Positions 34,095-44,894 of a stretch of 64,000 bases of DNA are shown here, piece after piece. A program made the translations under genes and the position numbers. Location: assembly GCA_963777505.1 (NCBI GenBank), contig CAVZQN010000008.1:426609-490608 (forward strand), given 5' to 3'. Under the pieces are notes generated by a model, which was not told the origin of the DNA, did not search any database, and worked only from the letters and a program-made list of their open reading frames with translations. The stretch's first letter is position 1, and the number at the start of each line of letters is the position of its first letter. The DNA comes from an uncultured bacterium (lineage in GTDB: Bacteria; Acidobacteriota; HRBIN11; JAKEFK01).

Positions 34095-34307
34095 TTAGGA
34101 TGCGGAAATATAGCGTTCAAAGAATTCAAGAATCCGCAAAAGACGATCGATCCGTTGTTTCGGATTCCCAGTCCGTGACAAATCATGCGAAGCCTTTGGA
34201 TAACGCACATATTCTACTGGCTTGTTCAAAATTTTCAGGCTCTTATAAAGCATTTCACTTTGGATCACTCCTGCACGCAAGTCCAGATCATCATGTTTAA
34301 TTAACAA
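34095..34307 (-). CDS. C-terminal fragment of the S9 peptidase encoded by 34324..36318 (frameshift near 34336)
   Basis: ..LLIKHDDLDLRAGVIQSEMLYKSLK..KPVEYVRYPKASHDL is the catalytic Asp/His region of prolyl oligopeptidase-family enzymes. In this frame the upstream residues read LTYVNEIKTP, continuous with ..ILDRESP of the large ORF. Confidence 0.7.
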   Translation of the reverse strand: MLIKHDDLDLRAGVIQSEMLYKSLKILNKPVEYVRYPKASHDLSRTGNPKQRIDRLLRILEFFERYISAS

Positions 34308-34323
34308 CGGAGTTTTGATTTCA

Positions 34324-36318
34324 TTAACATACGTTAGATGGTGATTCGCGATCTAAAATCGTTTTGATCTCAGGCTGCCATGGGTACCCACCAAAGTGAT
34401 CTGGAACTAATCTCCATGCGAGACCTTCACCCATAAACGTTGGTAAATAGTAAACTCCGCGTTGCGCAACTGCTGCTTTGAATCGATGATCATGACCGAC
34501 AATCCATGCAGTTAAATAGCCCGCGTAGGATCCGCCAGTAAGAACTTGACGATCCGCATCCACCCAGGGTTCCTTTGCAGCTTCTGTTGCGGCAGCCAGC
34601 ACATCGCCGCCGGGTCCTTCACCCCAGTTTTGATAATTACTATGCACAAATTTATAACCGTAACCACCCGAACCACGCGGGTTTGCATAAACAATTCCAT
34701 AACCTCTGCCACAAAACATTTGGAATTCATGCCAGGTCGTATCTTCTCCAGGTCCCCACATTGCCGAAGGTCCGCCATGCATTTCAACAAGCAATGGATA
34801 CTTTTTACCAGTCTCTACATTCGCAGGCTTCATGATCCAGTAATCAACTACTGTTCCATCCGGACGTGTTAATTTATGCGCTGTCGGATAGCTTAACTTT
34901 TTCGATTCCAGCCATTCTGCATTATGTTTTGTCAGACGTTTACTTCCTGATCCATCAAGATTTGATACGTATAGCTCATATGGATTCGCGACTTCGGTTA
35001 AAGTAAATACAAGTTTTTTTGCACCAACAGCTAAATTACGTAACCCTGATTTAGATTCGGTAAGTCTCTGAATTTTTCCACCGGAAGCATCGACACGGTT
35101 TAATGGAAATCCACCATCAGCAGTCGCAATGAAATAGAGTGATTTACTATCCTGACTCCACGAAAAGTCGTTTACATCGCGGTCCAGTTCTTTCGTTAAG
35201 AGCAAAGGATTGCCGCTGGAATAGGAAACTGAACCAAGCATATTCAGCGCATAACTCCGCTCTTTCAGCTCGCTGGCGACAAATGCAATTGATTTTCCGT
35301 CGGGAGATGGGAGTGCGCTGGAAACGGAATAGTCTGGAAGATCTAAAAGCCTGCGAATGTTAGAGCCATCCGCGCGAATGATGTGAAGATCGCTATCTTG
35401 AACTCGATCCGGATGCTGCTTTGAATCTATCGAAGTTGCAGAAACAATTTCTTTACCGTCCGGCATCCATTCGCCTTCTTCAAATGAATAAAAGCCATTT
35501 GTTATTCTAAGAGGTTCAGCACCTTGCACTGCTTTAACAACAAATAAATGCTGATACGTGAGATTCGGTTGTAATTCAGTTTCTCCCTGAAGTTGTTGTC
35601 GATAAAAAACACGCGGATTCGAATCCGCCTCATTTCGGGCGAGCCATTCCCGAATTTCTTGAATCGACCCATCAGGATCTGCTTTCGGCTTTTCTGATTC
35701 TTTGTCATTCCAGTTAGCAACATCGCCTGATTTGCGGTTTGGACGTTCTTCCGGCCACTCAGGCGACTTTTTGTTATCGACTGACCCAAACAACTCATGA
35801 TGTGGAATTTCAGAAGCAAACAAAATCGAGTTGCCATCGGGTGACCAGCGTGGTGAAGATGCACCATGCTTCATCTTTGTGAGTTGCCATGCTTCCCCAC
35901 CCTCAAGAGGCAACACCAAAATTTGGGATTTTTCCTCAACAGTCCGGACAAATGCAATCTGTTTTCCACCAGGATGCCAAACAGGATTGGAAGCGCCGCC
36001 TTCATGAAATGTAAGCTGACGAGGAGATTGAGTGCCATTGAGAGCTATAAGCCATAGTTGATTCCTGTATTCATATTCAGGCGCTTTCGAAGTCCTGGAT
36101 TCTTTAGGCTTCTCTTCGTCCTTCTCTTTTTTCTCCTCAATACTGCGCACAACATATATAGCCTGAGTGCCGTCGGGAGAAATTCTTACGGAACGAAGCT
36201 GTTTCATTTTTAGCAAATCGCTTGTAAGAATGTTTTCCTTCCCTGGAACGGTGGCAAATGTGAAGGCTCCGACGAGTAAAAAGCAGATGGCAAAAAGTGA
36301 GGCACCGAATCGGTTCAT
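34324..36318 (-). CDS. S9 family serine peptidase (N-terminal TolB-like beta-propeller plus alpha/beta-hydrolase domain), secreted
   Basis: A signal peptide is present, WD40/PD40-like repeats form the propeller, and the nucleophile elbow is GGSYAGYLTAW. Confidence 0.8.
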   Translation of the reverse strand: MNRFGASLFAICFLLVGAFTFATVPGKENILTSDLLKMKQLRSVRISPDGTQAIYVVRSIEEKKEKDEEKPKESRTSKAPEYEYRNQLWLIALNGTQSPRQLTFHEGGASNPVWHPGGKQIAFVRTVEEKSQILVLPLEGGEAWQLTKMKHGASSPRWSPDGNSILFASEIPHHELFGSVDNKKSPEWPEERPNRKSGDVANWNDKESEKPKADPDGSIQEIREWLARNEADSNPRVFYRQQLQGETELQPNLTYQHLFVVKAVQGAEPLRITNGFYSFEEGEWMPDGKEIVSATSIDSKQHPDRVQDSDLHIIRADGSNIRRLLDLPDYSVSSALPSPDGKSIAFVASELKERSYALNMLGSVSYSSGNPLLLTKELDRDVNDFSWSQDSKSLYFIATADGGFPLNRVDASGGKIQRLTESKSGLRNLAVGAKKLVFTLTEVANPYELYVSNLDGSGSKRLTKHNAEWLESKKLSYPTAHKLTRPDGTVVDYWIMKPANVETGKKYPLLVEMHGGPSAMWGPGEDTTWHEFQMFCGRGYGIVYANPRGSGGYGYKFVHSNYQNWGEGPGGDVLAAATEAAKEPWVDADRQVLTGGSYAGYLTAWIVGHDHRFKAAVAQRGVYYLPTFMGEGLAWRLVPDHFGGYPWQPEIKTILDRESPSNVC

Positions 36319-36449
36319 GTATTTTCTCCCTGTAAGCGAGAGCTTACAACGAAATGATTTAGGAGCAAATGGGTTGAAGTTGCAGAACGGTGGGAAGTTC
36401 TAAATTGCCATGCATTGTACCACAGATTCTGATTATTTGTCAAGGGGTT

Positions 36450-36468
36450 CTTGTATTGAATATACAAG
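36450..36468. promoter_or_regulatory. 7-5-7 palindrome CTTGTAT-TGAAT-ATACAAG 19 bp upstream of the 36487 start; candidate operator
   Basis: The inverted repeat is perfect and lies in an AT-rich promoter region. Confidence 0.25.
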
Positions 36469-36486
36469 AAAATTATTATTATTTTT

Positions 36487-37032
36487 ATGTTGAACAAAAA
36501 AGAACGCCTCCAAAGGATTTGCGAAGGAAAAGAGGTCCGTATTTTTGCCGCAAGACCTCCGGATATTCATACAGTTACATTTGTCGAGGCGTTTCGAAAT
36601 TGCGGAAGGAATAATTGCCAGGCGTGTAAAGATAAAAAGAAACGTCCACATGGACCCTATTGGAACCTGAACTATACCGATGAACGCGGCCGGATGAAGA
36701 CCGCCTACGTCGGGAAAAAGCTGCCTGATTTTGTTTCAGGAAGCCATAAAGTACTATTTGCCGATGTTCAAAGATACTGGAAACTGAATGAAGAATATCG
36801 TGAATCAAACATCCGGCATCGCATGGAAACGCAAAGGCTTAAACTGCAGATAGAATCCTTGTACGAGGAGCTTCGAATCAGCAAAAAACAAGCCCGAAAA
36901 AGCGGTGCGACTCCAGATAAATTATTTCGTGAACTTGTTAATAAATATCATCCGGATCGTCATCGCGGAACCACTTTTACAGCCGAAGATGTAATGAAAG
37001 ATATTAACCGTCTCTGGCAGAAAATGAGGTAA
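36487..37032 (+). CDS. hypothetical protein with an N-terminal Cys-rich zinc-ribbon-like motif and a C-terminal J-domain-like HPD motif
   Basis: The Cys-rich segment is CGRNNCQACKDKKKRPHGPYW, and the J-like segment is ..LVNKYHPDRHRG..DINRLW. No confident family assignment can be made. Confidence 0.5.
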   Translation: MLNKKERLQRICEGKEVRIFAARPPDIHTVTFVEAFRNCGRNNCQACKDKKKRPHGPYWNLNYTDERGRMKTAYVGKKLPDFVSGSHKVLFADVQRYWKLNEEYRESNIRHRMETQRLKLQIESLYEELRISKKQARKSGATPDKLFRELVNKYHPDRHRGTTFTAEDVMKDINRLWQKMR

Positions 37033-37038
37033 GAATCG

Positions 37039-38094
37039 ATGCGAAAGTTCGCATTCTACTTTCTTTTTTTATTCTCGCTTTGGGGTTCCTCAGAGACTAT
37101 CAAAGCACCTGAACTCACACCCGCACTCACAAATCAGCACGAACAAGCAATCATCGATGAAGGAATCGCTTTACACAATCAGGGCAAATACGAAGAGGCG
37201 ATTGCTAAATACAAGCAGGTTCTTGAAAAAAGTCCTGGAAATGTGCTCGCGATGTACGAAATGGCATTCTCATTTTTTGCTGCTGAAAAATACGATGACG
37301 CTCTGAAGACCGCTGATGAAGGTGCTCGTTATAAATCAAGATACCTAGGCAAGTTTTACATGCTGATCGGCAATTCCTTAGACGGGCTTGGTAAGAACGA
37401 TGAAGCAATCTCAGCATTTCGTCAAGCACTCGAAGTTGTTAATGATGATGGAATGATCCATTTCAATCTTGCAGTAACGCTTGTGAATACAGGAAAACCC
37501 AATGAGGCGCGTCCTCATTTAAAGAAATCAGTTCAGTTGAATCCAACACACATTACCAGTCATTACGCCCTGGCAAGAGTTTATTTCGATCAAGGCTATA
37601 GAATTCCCGGCATTCTGTCTATGCTAAGGTTTCTAAGCCTTGAACCGAAAACACAACGATCATCAAAAGCAATCGCTTTGCTGGATGAGAATATAGAAAA
37701 AGGTGTGGAATCAAAGTCTTCCCAAAAAGTTGAAGTTACTGTGAATTCGGATTCTCCCACGGATGAAGGAGAATTTAAGGGACTGGAATTAATGATATCG
37801 CTAATTACTGCAGGTAAATATGTAAAGGATAAAAAAGAAAAAACGATCATGGAACAAAGAATTGAATTATTGAATGATTTATTCAAAGCAATGGGTGAAG
37901 AGAAAGGAAAAGGAAATTTTGTGGTTGAGAACTATTTTCCGTATTTCGTTGACTTGCAAAAGAACGATCTTGTTGCGACGTTCACATACTACATTTATCA
38001 AAGCACGAATCGAGAAGCCGCTGCATGGATAGAACAACACGAAAATGAAATTCAAGCGTATGTAAAATGGTCAAACGATTTTGTAAGTCCATAA
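37039..38094 (+). CDS. secreted TPR-repeat protein
   Basis: Signal peptide MRKFAFYFLFLFSLWGSS, followed by several 34-residue TPR-like units. Confidence 0.7.
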   Translation: MRKFAFYFLFLFSLWGSSETIKAPELTPALTNQHEQAIIDEGIALHNQGKYEEAIAKYKQVLEKSPGNVLAMYEMAFSFFAAEKYDDALKTADEGARYKSRYLGKFYMLIGNSLDGLGKNDEAISAFRQALEVVNDDGMIHFNLAVTLVNTGKPNEARPHLKKSVQLNPTHITSHYALARVYFDQGYRIPGILSMLRFLSLEPKTQRSSKAIALLDENIEKGVESKSSQKVEVTVNSDSPTDEGEFKGLELMISLITAGKYVKDKKEKTIMEQRIELLNDLFKAMGEEKGKGNFVVENYFPYFVDLQKNDLVATFTYYIYQSTNREAAAWIEQHENEIQAYVKWSNDFVSP

Positions 38095-38097
38095 TTC

Positions 38098-39039
38098 TCA
38101 GGCCTTAGAGCTTCCGAAAATGTCTTCGTAAGCATATGCGATCGCTCCGGCGCAGATAGGGGCGACAAAGAAAACGCCGACTATACAGGCGATTAAACCT
38201 GCACAAATTAGCAGACCACAAAGAATATTCAGCCATAAGAATCCGAAAAATGATTTCATTACAGTTTTGCGGCTGAGTTCCATCGCAGGCCAGAACTTCA
38301 GGCCTTTATCGATTATCAAAGGAAAGGTAAACATCCACAGTGCATATAATGCAATCGAAGCAAGGACTCCAATCGCAATACCCAGACAGCCCAAAACGCC
38401 AAAGATTTGGAACAACGATTCTGGAGGATTTCCTGCTGAACTGAATGCGGCCATGATGACAGGAATGAAAAATGGAGCAGCAACGATCATCATCAAAAGG
38501 ACTGGTACAAATGCAGTCACCAATCCTCCGAGTACTAGCTGTCCGGCCTGTCGCTGAAACCCTGCAAAAGCATCCCCTAACTCTGCTTTTCCCTCTCGGA
38601 TCCACTTTAAGAAAAACCAGAAAAGTCCACCATAAAGGATTCCGTTCAAAAGGAATCCTCCGGGAATTGAGCCAGATCCGCCGAGTATGACTGCTATTAA
38701 CGCAGTCGCAATAAAAATCGGTCCGAAATTATTTTTATAAAGTGCATAACTTCGGCGAATACAATCCATAGCATCTACTGAAACACTTCTGGTATCGATT
38801 ACGGATTGAAGAGCTTGAGGATCTGCGGAAATCATTTGCGGCTGCTGTGGAGATGTTTTTGTCAGGTACGAAAACTCCGGAAATGACGAAAAGACTTTCC
38901 AATCACTTTCGCCTTCACGACGGATCATCGTTTTGCTGTCAATTCTCTTTTCTTCAAACCAATTTCGTACAACATCGGACCCGATCGGCCCGTATTCCTT
39001 TCCATCAGACCCAAGTATGTAGAACATATTCGACCTCAA
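38098..39039 (-). CDS. membrane protein with an N-terminal DUF4339 (GYF-like) domain and a C-terminal multi-transmembrane domain
   Basis: FYILGSDGKEYGPIGSDVVRNWFEEKRI....DWKVFSSFPEF has the DUF4339 pattern, and 5-6 hydrophobic helices follow. Confidence 0.55.
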   Translation of the reverse strand: MRSNMFYILGSDGKEYGPIGSDVVRNWFEEKRIDSKTMIRREGESDWKVFSSFPEFSYLTKTSPQQPQMISADPQALQSVIDTRSVSVDAMDCIRRSYALYKNNFGPIFIATALIAVILGGSGSIPGGFLLNGILYGGLFWFFLKWIREGKAELGDAFAGFQRQAGQLVLGGLVTAFVPVLLMMIVAAPFFIPVIMAAFSSAGNPPESLFQIFGVLGCLGIAIGVLASIALYALWMFTFPLIIDKGLKFWPAMELSRKTVMKSFFGFLWLNILCGLLICAGLIACIVGVFFVAPICAGAIAYAYEDIFGSSKA

Positions 39040-39196
39040 CTTCGTCCTGATTCAGCCAGGAGTGAATTCATTATAGCCAATCAGCGCCGAGAAGAAGCGT
39101 CAAGTATTACATGAGTTTTTCTCATTAAAATTATGAAAACAATCAATTGGACTCATATATATGGATGAGAGATTATTGGATTGATGGAGTAATGGA

Positions 39197-39988
39197 TTGA
39201 TGAGAGTAAAACAAATACACAGTGATCTCTACGTTGCGATAGGCGATGCCTATGATTCGAATTGCACAATTCTACTTTCCAAGGGCGAAGCATTGCTCAT
39301 CGATGCAATGGCGCACAAAACCGATGCAGCTTGTCTAAAACAGCTTGTTGAAAGAGAGTTTAATTCCAAAGCAAAATTTATTATTTGCAGTCATTTTTTC
39401 AGCGATCATCTGGCAGCTTTAAAGTTGTTTCCTGAAAGCGAGATCATTGCTCACAAGAATTACAACCACACGTTCGATCTTGAACGGTTCCGCTCCACAG
39501 AGGAAAAATCTTTTTTTGTAGAACCTACCATTCTCATTTCAGATGAACTATCGCTCCGGTGGGGAAAATATAACTTAAACCTGTTTTACAATCCTGCGCA
39601 CACAATGAGCACGATCAACATCGATATTCCGCAAGCCGATATAATTCATGTCGGCGATACGCTGGTTGGAAATATTGTGTATTTTACATACTCTTCTCCC
39701 ACTATGTTTTTTCCCGCTTTAAATCGCATCAAAGAAAGAGGCAGAAAGAATTTGATTTCCAGCCATTTAGAACCACGCTCATCCGATGCAATCGATCATG
39801 CAGTTTATTATCTAAAATCGTTAAAGGCGAGAGTCATTGATCTCAATCGCAACGAAGAAGATGTCTTAAGAATTGACTTGCAGGATTGTTTACCGCCAAA
39901 AGTTGAAGCCACACCCTTTGAAACTATTTTTCATAAGCGCAACTTAAAATCTGTTGTTGAACAACAATTATTTGGTGAGACTTCCTGA
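39197..39988 (+). CDS. hypothetical protein, possibly an MBL-fold hydrolase-like protein
   Basis: ..LLIDAMAH...FIICSHFFSDH.. is only a partial match to the HxHxDH motif. Confidence 0.35.
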   Translation: MMRVKQIHSDLYVAIGDAYDSNCTILLSKGEALLIDAMAHKTDAACLKQLVEREFNSKAKFIICSHFFSDHLAALKLFPESEIIAHKNYNHTFDLERFRSTEEKSFFVEPTILISDELSLRWGKYNLNLFYNPAHTMSTINIDIPQADIIHVGDTLVGNIVYFTYSSPTMFFPALNRIKERGRKNLISSHLEPRSSDAIDHAVYYLKSLKARVIDLNRNEEDVLRIDLQDCLPPKVEATPFETIFHKRNLKSVVEQQLFGETS

Positions 39989-40894
39989 ATGCGTCTTCTT
40001 TGCAGGCAGTGATTGATCAGCTAAGAGTTTTATGAACTCCTGAATGTATCGTGGTGCCGGAGGATTCTTAAGAGTGACAGCATGCCAGCTTCTGAATACA
40101 CCTTTCTTTGTGAGACGAATTCCGCGAAGACTACGAGCTTTTAGATTCGGTGCTACAGCCCATTTCGCAAGCACACCGATTCCGAGTCCTGCTTTAACCA
40201 TCTCCAGAATCGCTTCAGTCAACATGACTTTGTAAATCTTTTTTGGCATGATTCCAGCTGGATTCAGAATCTTTTGAAATACCAGGTTTTCTTCAAGTGG
40301 AACTGAATAAACAATCATCGGGTAATCCGCAAAATCTTGCGGTTTGAGATAGGAAACATTTGCAAGTGGATGTTGCGGCGACACAACTGCAAGAAGTTCA
40401 TCTTTGAAGAGTCTGGAATATGTAAGATCTTTATCAGTCGTTTTGGTATATGCAAGCGCCAGATCCAGTTTGCCCTCCAGTAGTGCTTGCACCGGTTGAT
40501 GCGTTGCTTCAACAACAATTTGTACATCTACATCCGGAAAGGTTTTTTGGTAAAGCGAAAGCATTGAAGGCAGCCAGTGATAGCCGGTATTACATTGTGT
40601 GCTGATTCGAAGACTGCCCTGCTGTCCCGATGCGAGGCGGCGAAGCGTACTTTCGGTTTGAACGAGTTCCTGTAAGACTTTTTCTGCTGAATTCAGAAGC
40701 TTCTCGCCCGCTTCAGTAAGAACCAGCTTTTTCTTTAACCGAAGATAAAGAGGCGCCTTTAAACGTTCTTCAATTTCCTTCAGTTGATGGCTCAGGGCTG
40801 ATTGCGTCAGATGCAAACGCTTGGCAGCTTTTGTCATTCCCCCTTCAAGGGCAATAGCTTGAACGAGTTCCAGATGGCGGATTTCAAGATCCAT
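39968..40894 (-). CDS. LysR family transcriptional regulator
   Basis: The N-terminal helix-turn-helix is IRHLELVQAIALEGGMTKAAKRLHLTQSALSHQLKEIE, and the C-terminus is a LysR substrate-binding domain. Confidence 0.85.
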   Translation of the reverse strand: MDLEIRHLELVQAIALEGGMTKAAKRLHLTQSALSHQLKEIEERLKAPLYLRLKKKLVLTEAGEKLLNSAEKVLQELVQTESTLRRLASGQQGSLRISTQCNTGYHWLPSMLSLYQKTFPDVDVQIVVEATHQPVQALLEGKLDLALAYTKTTDKDLTYSRLFKDELLAVVSPQHPLANVSYLKPQDFADYPMIVYSVPLEENLVFQKILNPAGIMPKKIYKVMLTEAILEMVKAGLGIGVLAKWAVAPNLKARSLRGIRLTKKGVFRSWHAVTLKNPPAPRYIQEFIKLLADQSLPAKKTHSGSLTK

Positions 40895-40961
40895 TACATG
40901 AGTGTAGCTAATCGATAATGCAATTTCAATTAGTTTCCTAACCGCTAAGACGCAAAGTTTT

Positions 40962-43398
40962 TTATTCGTAGCGCAGGGCGATCATTGGATCCACTTTTGT
41001 GGCACGAATTGCAGGAATACCCGAGGCCAGCAGAGCTACAAATAACAGTAACATCGCGATCGCTGCATAGGTTAGAGGATCCGTCGGGTTCACATTGAAC
41101 AACAAGCTTGACGCAAGACGTGTAATTCCTGCGGATGCGAGCAATCCTGCAATAGCACCAGTTCCCGCAAGCAGTAAACCCTGACGAAGGATCATGCGCA
41201 AAACATCCTGTTGTTGAGCACCCAGTGCCATCCGGATTCCAATTTCGTGTGTTCGGCGTGAAGTCACATAAGAAATCACAGCATAGATTCCCGCAGAAGC
41301 AAGACACAGTGCAAGCAGAGCAAAGCATCCAAGCAAGATCATAGAAAAACGCTGCAGCCCAATCGATGTGCCAAGAACTTCATTCAGAGTTGCGACATCA
41401 AATACTGCCTGTTCGGGATCTAATTCAAGAATGGCTTTCCTGATTGCTGAGACATAGGTGGTGGGTTCCTTTTCGGTTCTTGCGACAAGCGTCATTGAAT
41501 ACGCGCCAAACATCGTGTTAGGAAAGTAAAATTGGTGAGGTGGTATGGTATTTAAACCGTATTGTTTTACATCCTTTACAACGCCGACAACGGTAAACCA
41601 TGGCGTATCTTCCTTCGGCCCGGGAAAAAGACGGATGCGGCGCCCTAATGGATTCTGATTTGGCCAGAAATGTTTTACAAATGATTCACTGACAATCGCA
41701 GACTTCGGAGCCTTTTCAGAATCTTGCTCCGTAAACAATCTGCCTTGAAGAAGTGGAATCCTCATCGCAGTAAAATAGCCGGGTGTAACAACATACATAT
41801 CCGCTTCAGGTTCATCTTCAGGATTGTGATACTGACCTTCAATTGAAATCGTTCTGCCATCAAAGTTGTCGCTTAACGGTAAAACGGTAGTAAGACCAGC
41901 GGATTGGATTCCTGGAAGATTATTCACGCGCTGCATCACACGGTTGTAAAACGCAATCCGGTTATTATCTTCAGGATATTTAGCGCCTTGAAGTGCGAGA
42001 TTCATCGTTATAACGCCTTGAGGATTAAAACCTGGATCGACATTATAGAGATGCAGTACGCTGCGCATAAAAAGGCCTGCGCCAATAAGCAAAATAATTG
42101 CAAGAGCCATTTCAGAAACAACAAGCAGTCCGCGTAATCGATTTTTTTGAATACCCGTTCCAGTGCCCCTTCCACCTTCTTTCAGCGCATCATGCAAATT
42201 CATACTTTTTATGTGATGCGCTGGTGCAATTGCCAGCAAAAGACAACTCACGATCGTAACTGCTGCAGAAAAAAACAACACTGGAAAACTCAGTTGAATT
42301 TGAAGAAGCTGCGGCAGGACTTTGCCTCCTGCAGTACTTAACCCTTCTACTCCCCACAGCGCGAGCAATAGACCCAATAAACATCCTGCTATTGAAAAGA
42401 GCAGACATTCGAAGAAAAGTTGCCGGATTAAAGCTGATACAGGAGCGCCAAGTGAAACACGGATTGCCATTTCACGTTCGCGTTCGGTTGTTCGAGCGAG
42501 CAAAAGATTCGCTATGTTTGCACATGCAATCAAAAGAACCAGGCCTGCGGCACCTGCAAGCAGATAGAGTGCAGACTTCAATTTGCCTGCAAATTGATCC
42601 GGAAATGTAACGAGATTAATTCCACGCGACAGATTGTTTACTGGATAAAGCTTTTCCAGTCTTTTTGCTATGCCACTCATTTCTGATTGAGCACTGCCAA
42701 GCGTTGTATTTGATTTCAAACGTCCGAATGCAAGCAAATGACGCGATCCACGTGCCTCATTGTCATAGGGTTCAGCAACTGGCCTGTAAATTTCAACGGA
42801 TTTCGGAACGAGTCCAAGAGGCAAAGAATGAAAATCGGGAGGCATGACACCGACTACGGTATATTGTCGCGCATTCAATCTGATAACCTTTCCAATGATT
42901 TGGCGATCTCCGGCGAATTGGCGTTTCCAAATTCCGTAACTCAAAATGACAACAAAGTCCTTGCCTTCGATTTGATCTTCGGGTTGAAATGTACGGCCCA
43001 GAAAAGGTTTGGCTTTCATAATCTTGAAGTAGCCGTCACCGACTTGCAGCGCAGAAACTCGTTCCGTTTCATTTCCACCAGAAAGACTCGGCCGCCATGA
43101 TGTGAAGGTCGTTACATCTTCAAATGATTTGTTCTGCGCGCGATAATCTGCGATATCCGTTGCAGAAACTGGATCCTTATTTGTTCCGGCTCTGCCATTC
43201 GCTCCCCAAACAACAACAAGCCGATCGGGTTCAGGATAAGGAAGGCTTTTGATCAATACACCATATAGAACACTGAAGATTGCTGAGTTGGCTCCAATTC
43301 CAAGAGCCAGAATGCCGATTGCAAGAAGAGTAAATGCGGGCGCGCGTAATAACGACCGGAAACTGTAGCGTAAATCTTTCAAGATTTGATCTGTCATG
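40962..43398 (-). CDS. ABC transporter permease of the MacB/FtsX-like 'ADOP' type (two FtsX domains with a large periplasmic domain)
   Basis: The N-terminus [43 protein letters not shown] is typical of the family. The RBS gaggag lies before the ATG at 43398, whereas the ORF-table start at 43526 is upstream without an RBS. Confidence 0.8.
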
Positions 43399-43556
43399 CT
43401 CTCCTCATCAGACCCATTTGAAGTAAAAATGGTTGGTCTTGAGTAAGCTTCTGCACATCTCGTGCCTGAACATGTCTCGAGATGAGAGAATAAGCAGGTA
43501 GATAAAGTTGACCGGTTGCGGGACACCCTCGTTCACAACCGGACATCGGATAAGGC

Positions 43557-44456
43557 TTATTTCATGGCATACAAAGTCAATGATTTCTGGTCTTTGATCA
43601 CGATTTCGTTATCAGCAACAGCCGGATGCGCCCAGGTCGGACTCTTTGCAACAGTATACTTTTTCAAAACCTCATACTTTTTTTCAGTAGCATTCGCAAT
43701 TGTTAAGTCTGCATTGTTGCTTAGAAAAAGAATTTGAGGTCCTGCATTGATAATTGAAGCATTATCACCTTCTGCTCCATTACTTGTCCATTGAGTTTGT
43801 CCGGTACGCGCATCGAGACAAAAATATTGACCTTTTCTGTAATGTGACATGCCGTAAAGAAAATCGCCAACGAGCACTGGAGAACTCATATACATGGATG
43901 CTTTTTCATTTTGCCAAACAGTTTCTGGTACGAACTTGCCTTCTTTTTTTGCAACACGGACTGCAAAGGCACCCTTATCGATTCCTGAAAAAATCAAAAG
44001 GTCCTTATACAAAACTGGAGTAACAATGTTCTGTTCGTAGTCTGTTGTAAAAGGAAGCTTCCACAAAAGTTCGCCATTCGATTCAGCAATTCCTACGATA
44101 TTTTTTTGTGTTTGTGTAACAACCTGACGAGTACCATTGAGGTTAACAATAATCGGTGATGAATATCCTGCGCCATCGTCTGTCCAGCGCCATTTCACAT
44201 CACCTTTGACAGCATCCATTGCGAACAGTGCACCTTTACCAGGGCCACCCGCGTGAACAATCAGCAACCCTTGATCAACGATCGGCGACATCGCATTTCC
44301 AAAATCAGGTGAAGTTACAGGGAACTCTTTTTTGAAATCGTTACGCCATACAGAGCTTTCCTGCTGACGCGTCATAGCAGGAAAGTACACCGCTGATTCC
44401 AAGCGTATACAACTTTCCATTCGCAACAACAGGAGTTGATTTAGGACCTTTTCCAT
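43557..44456 (-). CDS. PQQ-like beta-propeller repeat protein, C-terminal fragment (frameshift near 44350 joins it to 44341..44787)
   Basis: Real coding starts at about 44350 with ..VWRNDFKKEFPVTSPDFG.., and the first about 35 codons of the ORF are wrong-frame. Confidence 0.7.
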   Translation of the reverse strand: MEKVLNQLLLLRMESCIRLESAVYFPAMTRQQESSVWRNDFKKEFPVTSPDFGNAMSPIVDQGLLIVHAGGPGKGALFAMDAVKGDVKWRWTDDGAGYSSPIIVNLNGTRQVVTQTQKNIVGIAESNGELLWKLPFTTDYEQNIVTPVLYKDLLIFSGIDKGAFAVRVAKKEGKFVPETVWQNEKASMYMSSPVLVGDFLYGMSHYRKGQYFCLDARTGQTQWTSNGAEGDNASIINAGPQILFLSNNADLTIANATEKKYEVLKKYTVAKSPTWAHPAVADNEIVIKDQKSLTLYAMK

Positions 44457-44787
44457 GAGGAATTGCTGCAGGATTCATCTCATAAGGCGCATCATAAGAA
44501 TCTTTCCAGATCAATTTCCCGGTTGCCATGTCGTAAGCAGCGACCACTTCCTGCTCAGCTACACGTGAGATCAAAAAAACTTTGGTTCCGGAAATCACAG
44601 GAGAGGAATGACCAATTCCAACTTCCACGTTCCAAACTTGTTTGAGCTGATCCGGAAGTTTTTCAGGCACTTTAAACGTTGAAAAAGAACCATCTCGATT
44701 TGGACCTCTCCACTGATTCCAATCAGCTGCTCCAGCAATGTCCGAAAGGCACATTAAAAGAATGAAAACGAAGATGGCAAGCTTCAT
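44341..44787 (-). CDS. PQQ-like beta-propeller repeat protein, N-terminal fragment with signal peptide MKLAIFVFILLMCLSDIAGA
   Basis: ADWNQWRGPNRDGSF is the canonical start of PQQ-propeller (BamB-like) domains. The RBS ggagga precedes the ATG at 44787. Confidence 0.7.
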   Translation of the reverse strand: MKLAIFVFILLMCLSDIAGAADWNQWRGPNRDGSFSTFKVPEKLPDQLKQVWNVEVGIGHSSPVISGTKVFLISRVAEQEVVAAYDMATGKLIWKDSYDAPYEMNPAAIPHGKGPKSTPVVANGKLYTLGISGVLSCYDASAGKLCMA

Positions 44788-44894
44788 TGTTCCTCCATGG
44801 ATAAGACAATTCTGCACGTTTCGGCCGGCCTTTTTTAGAAATCCCGCCAACTTTACAACCCCATCAGAAAAAGCTACATTAGTGATTCTATTTC

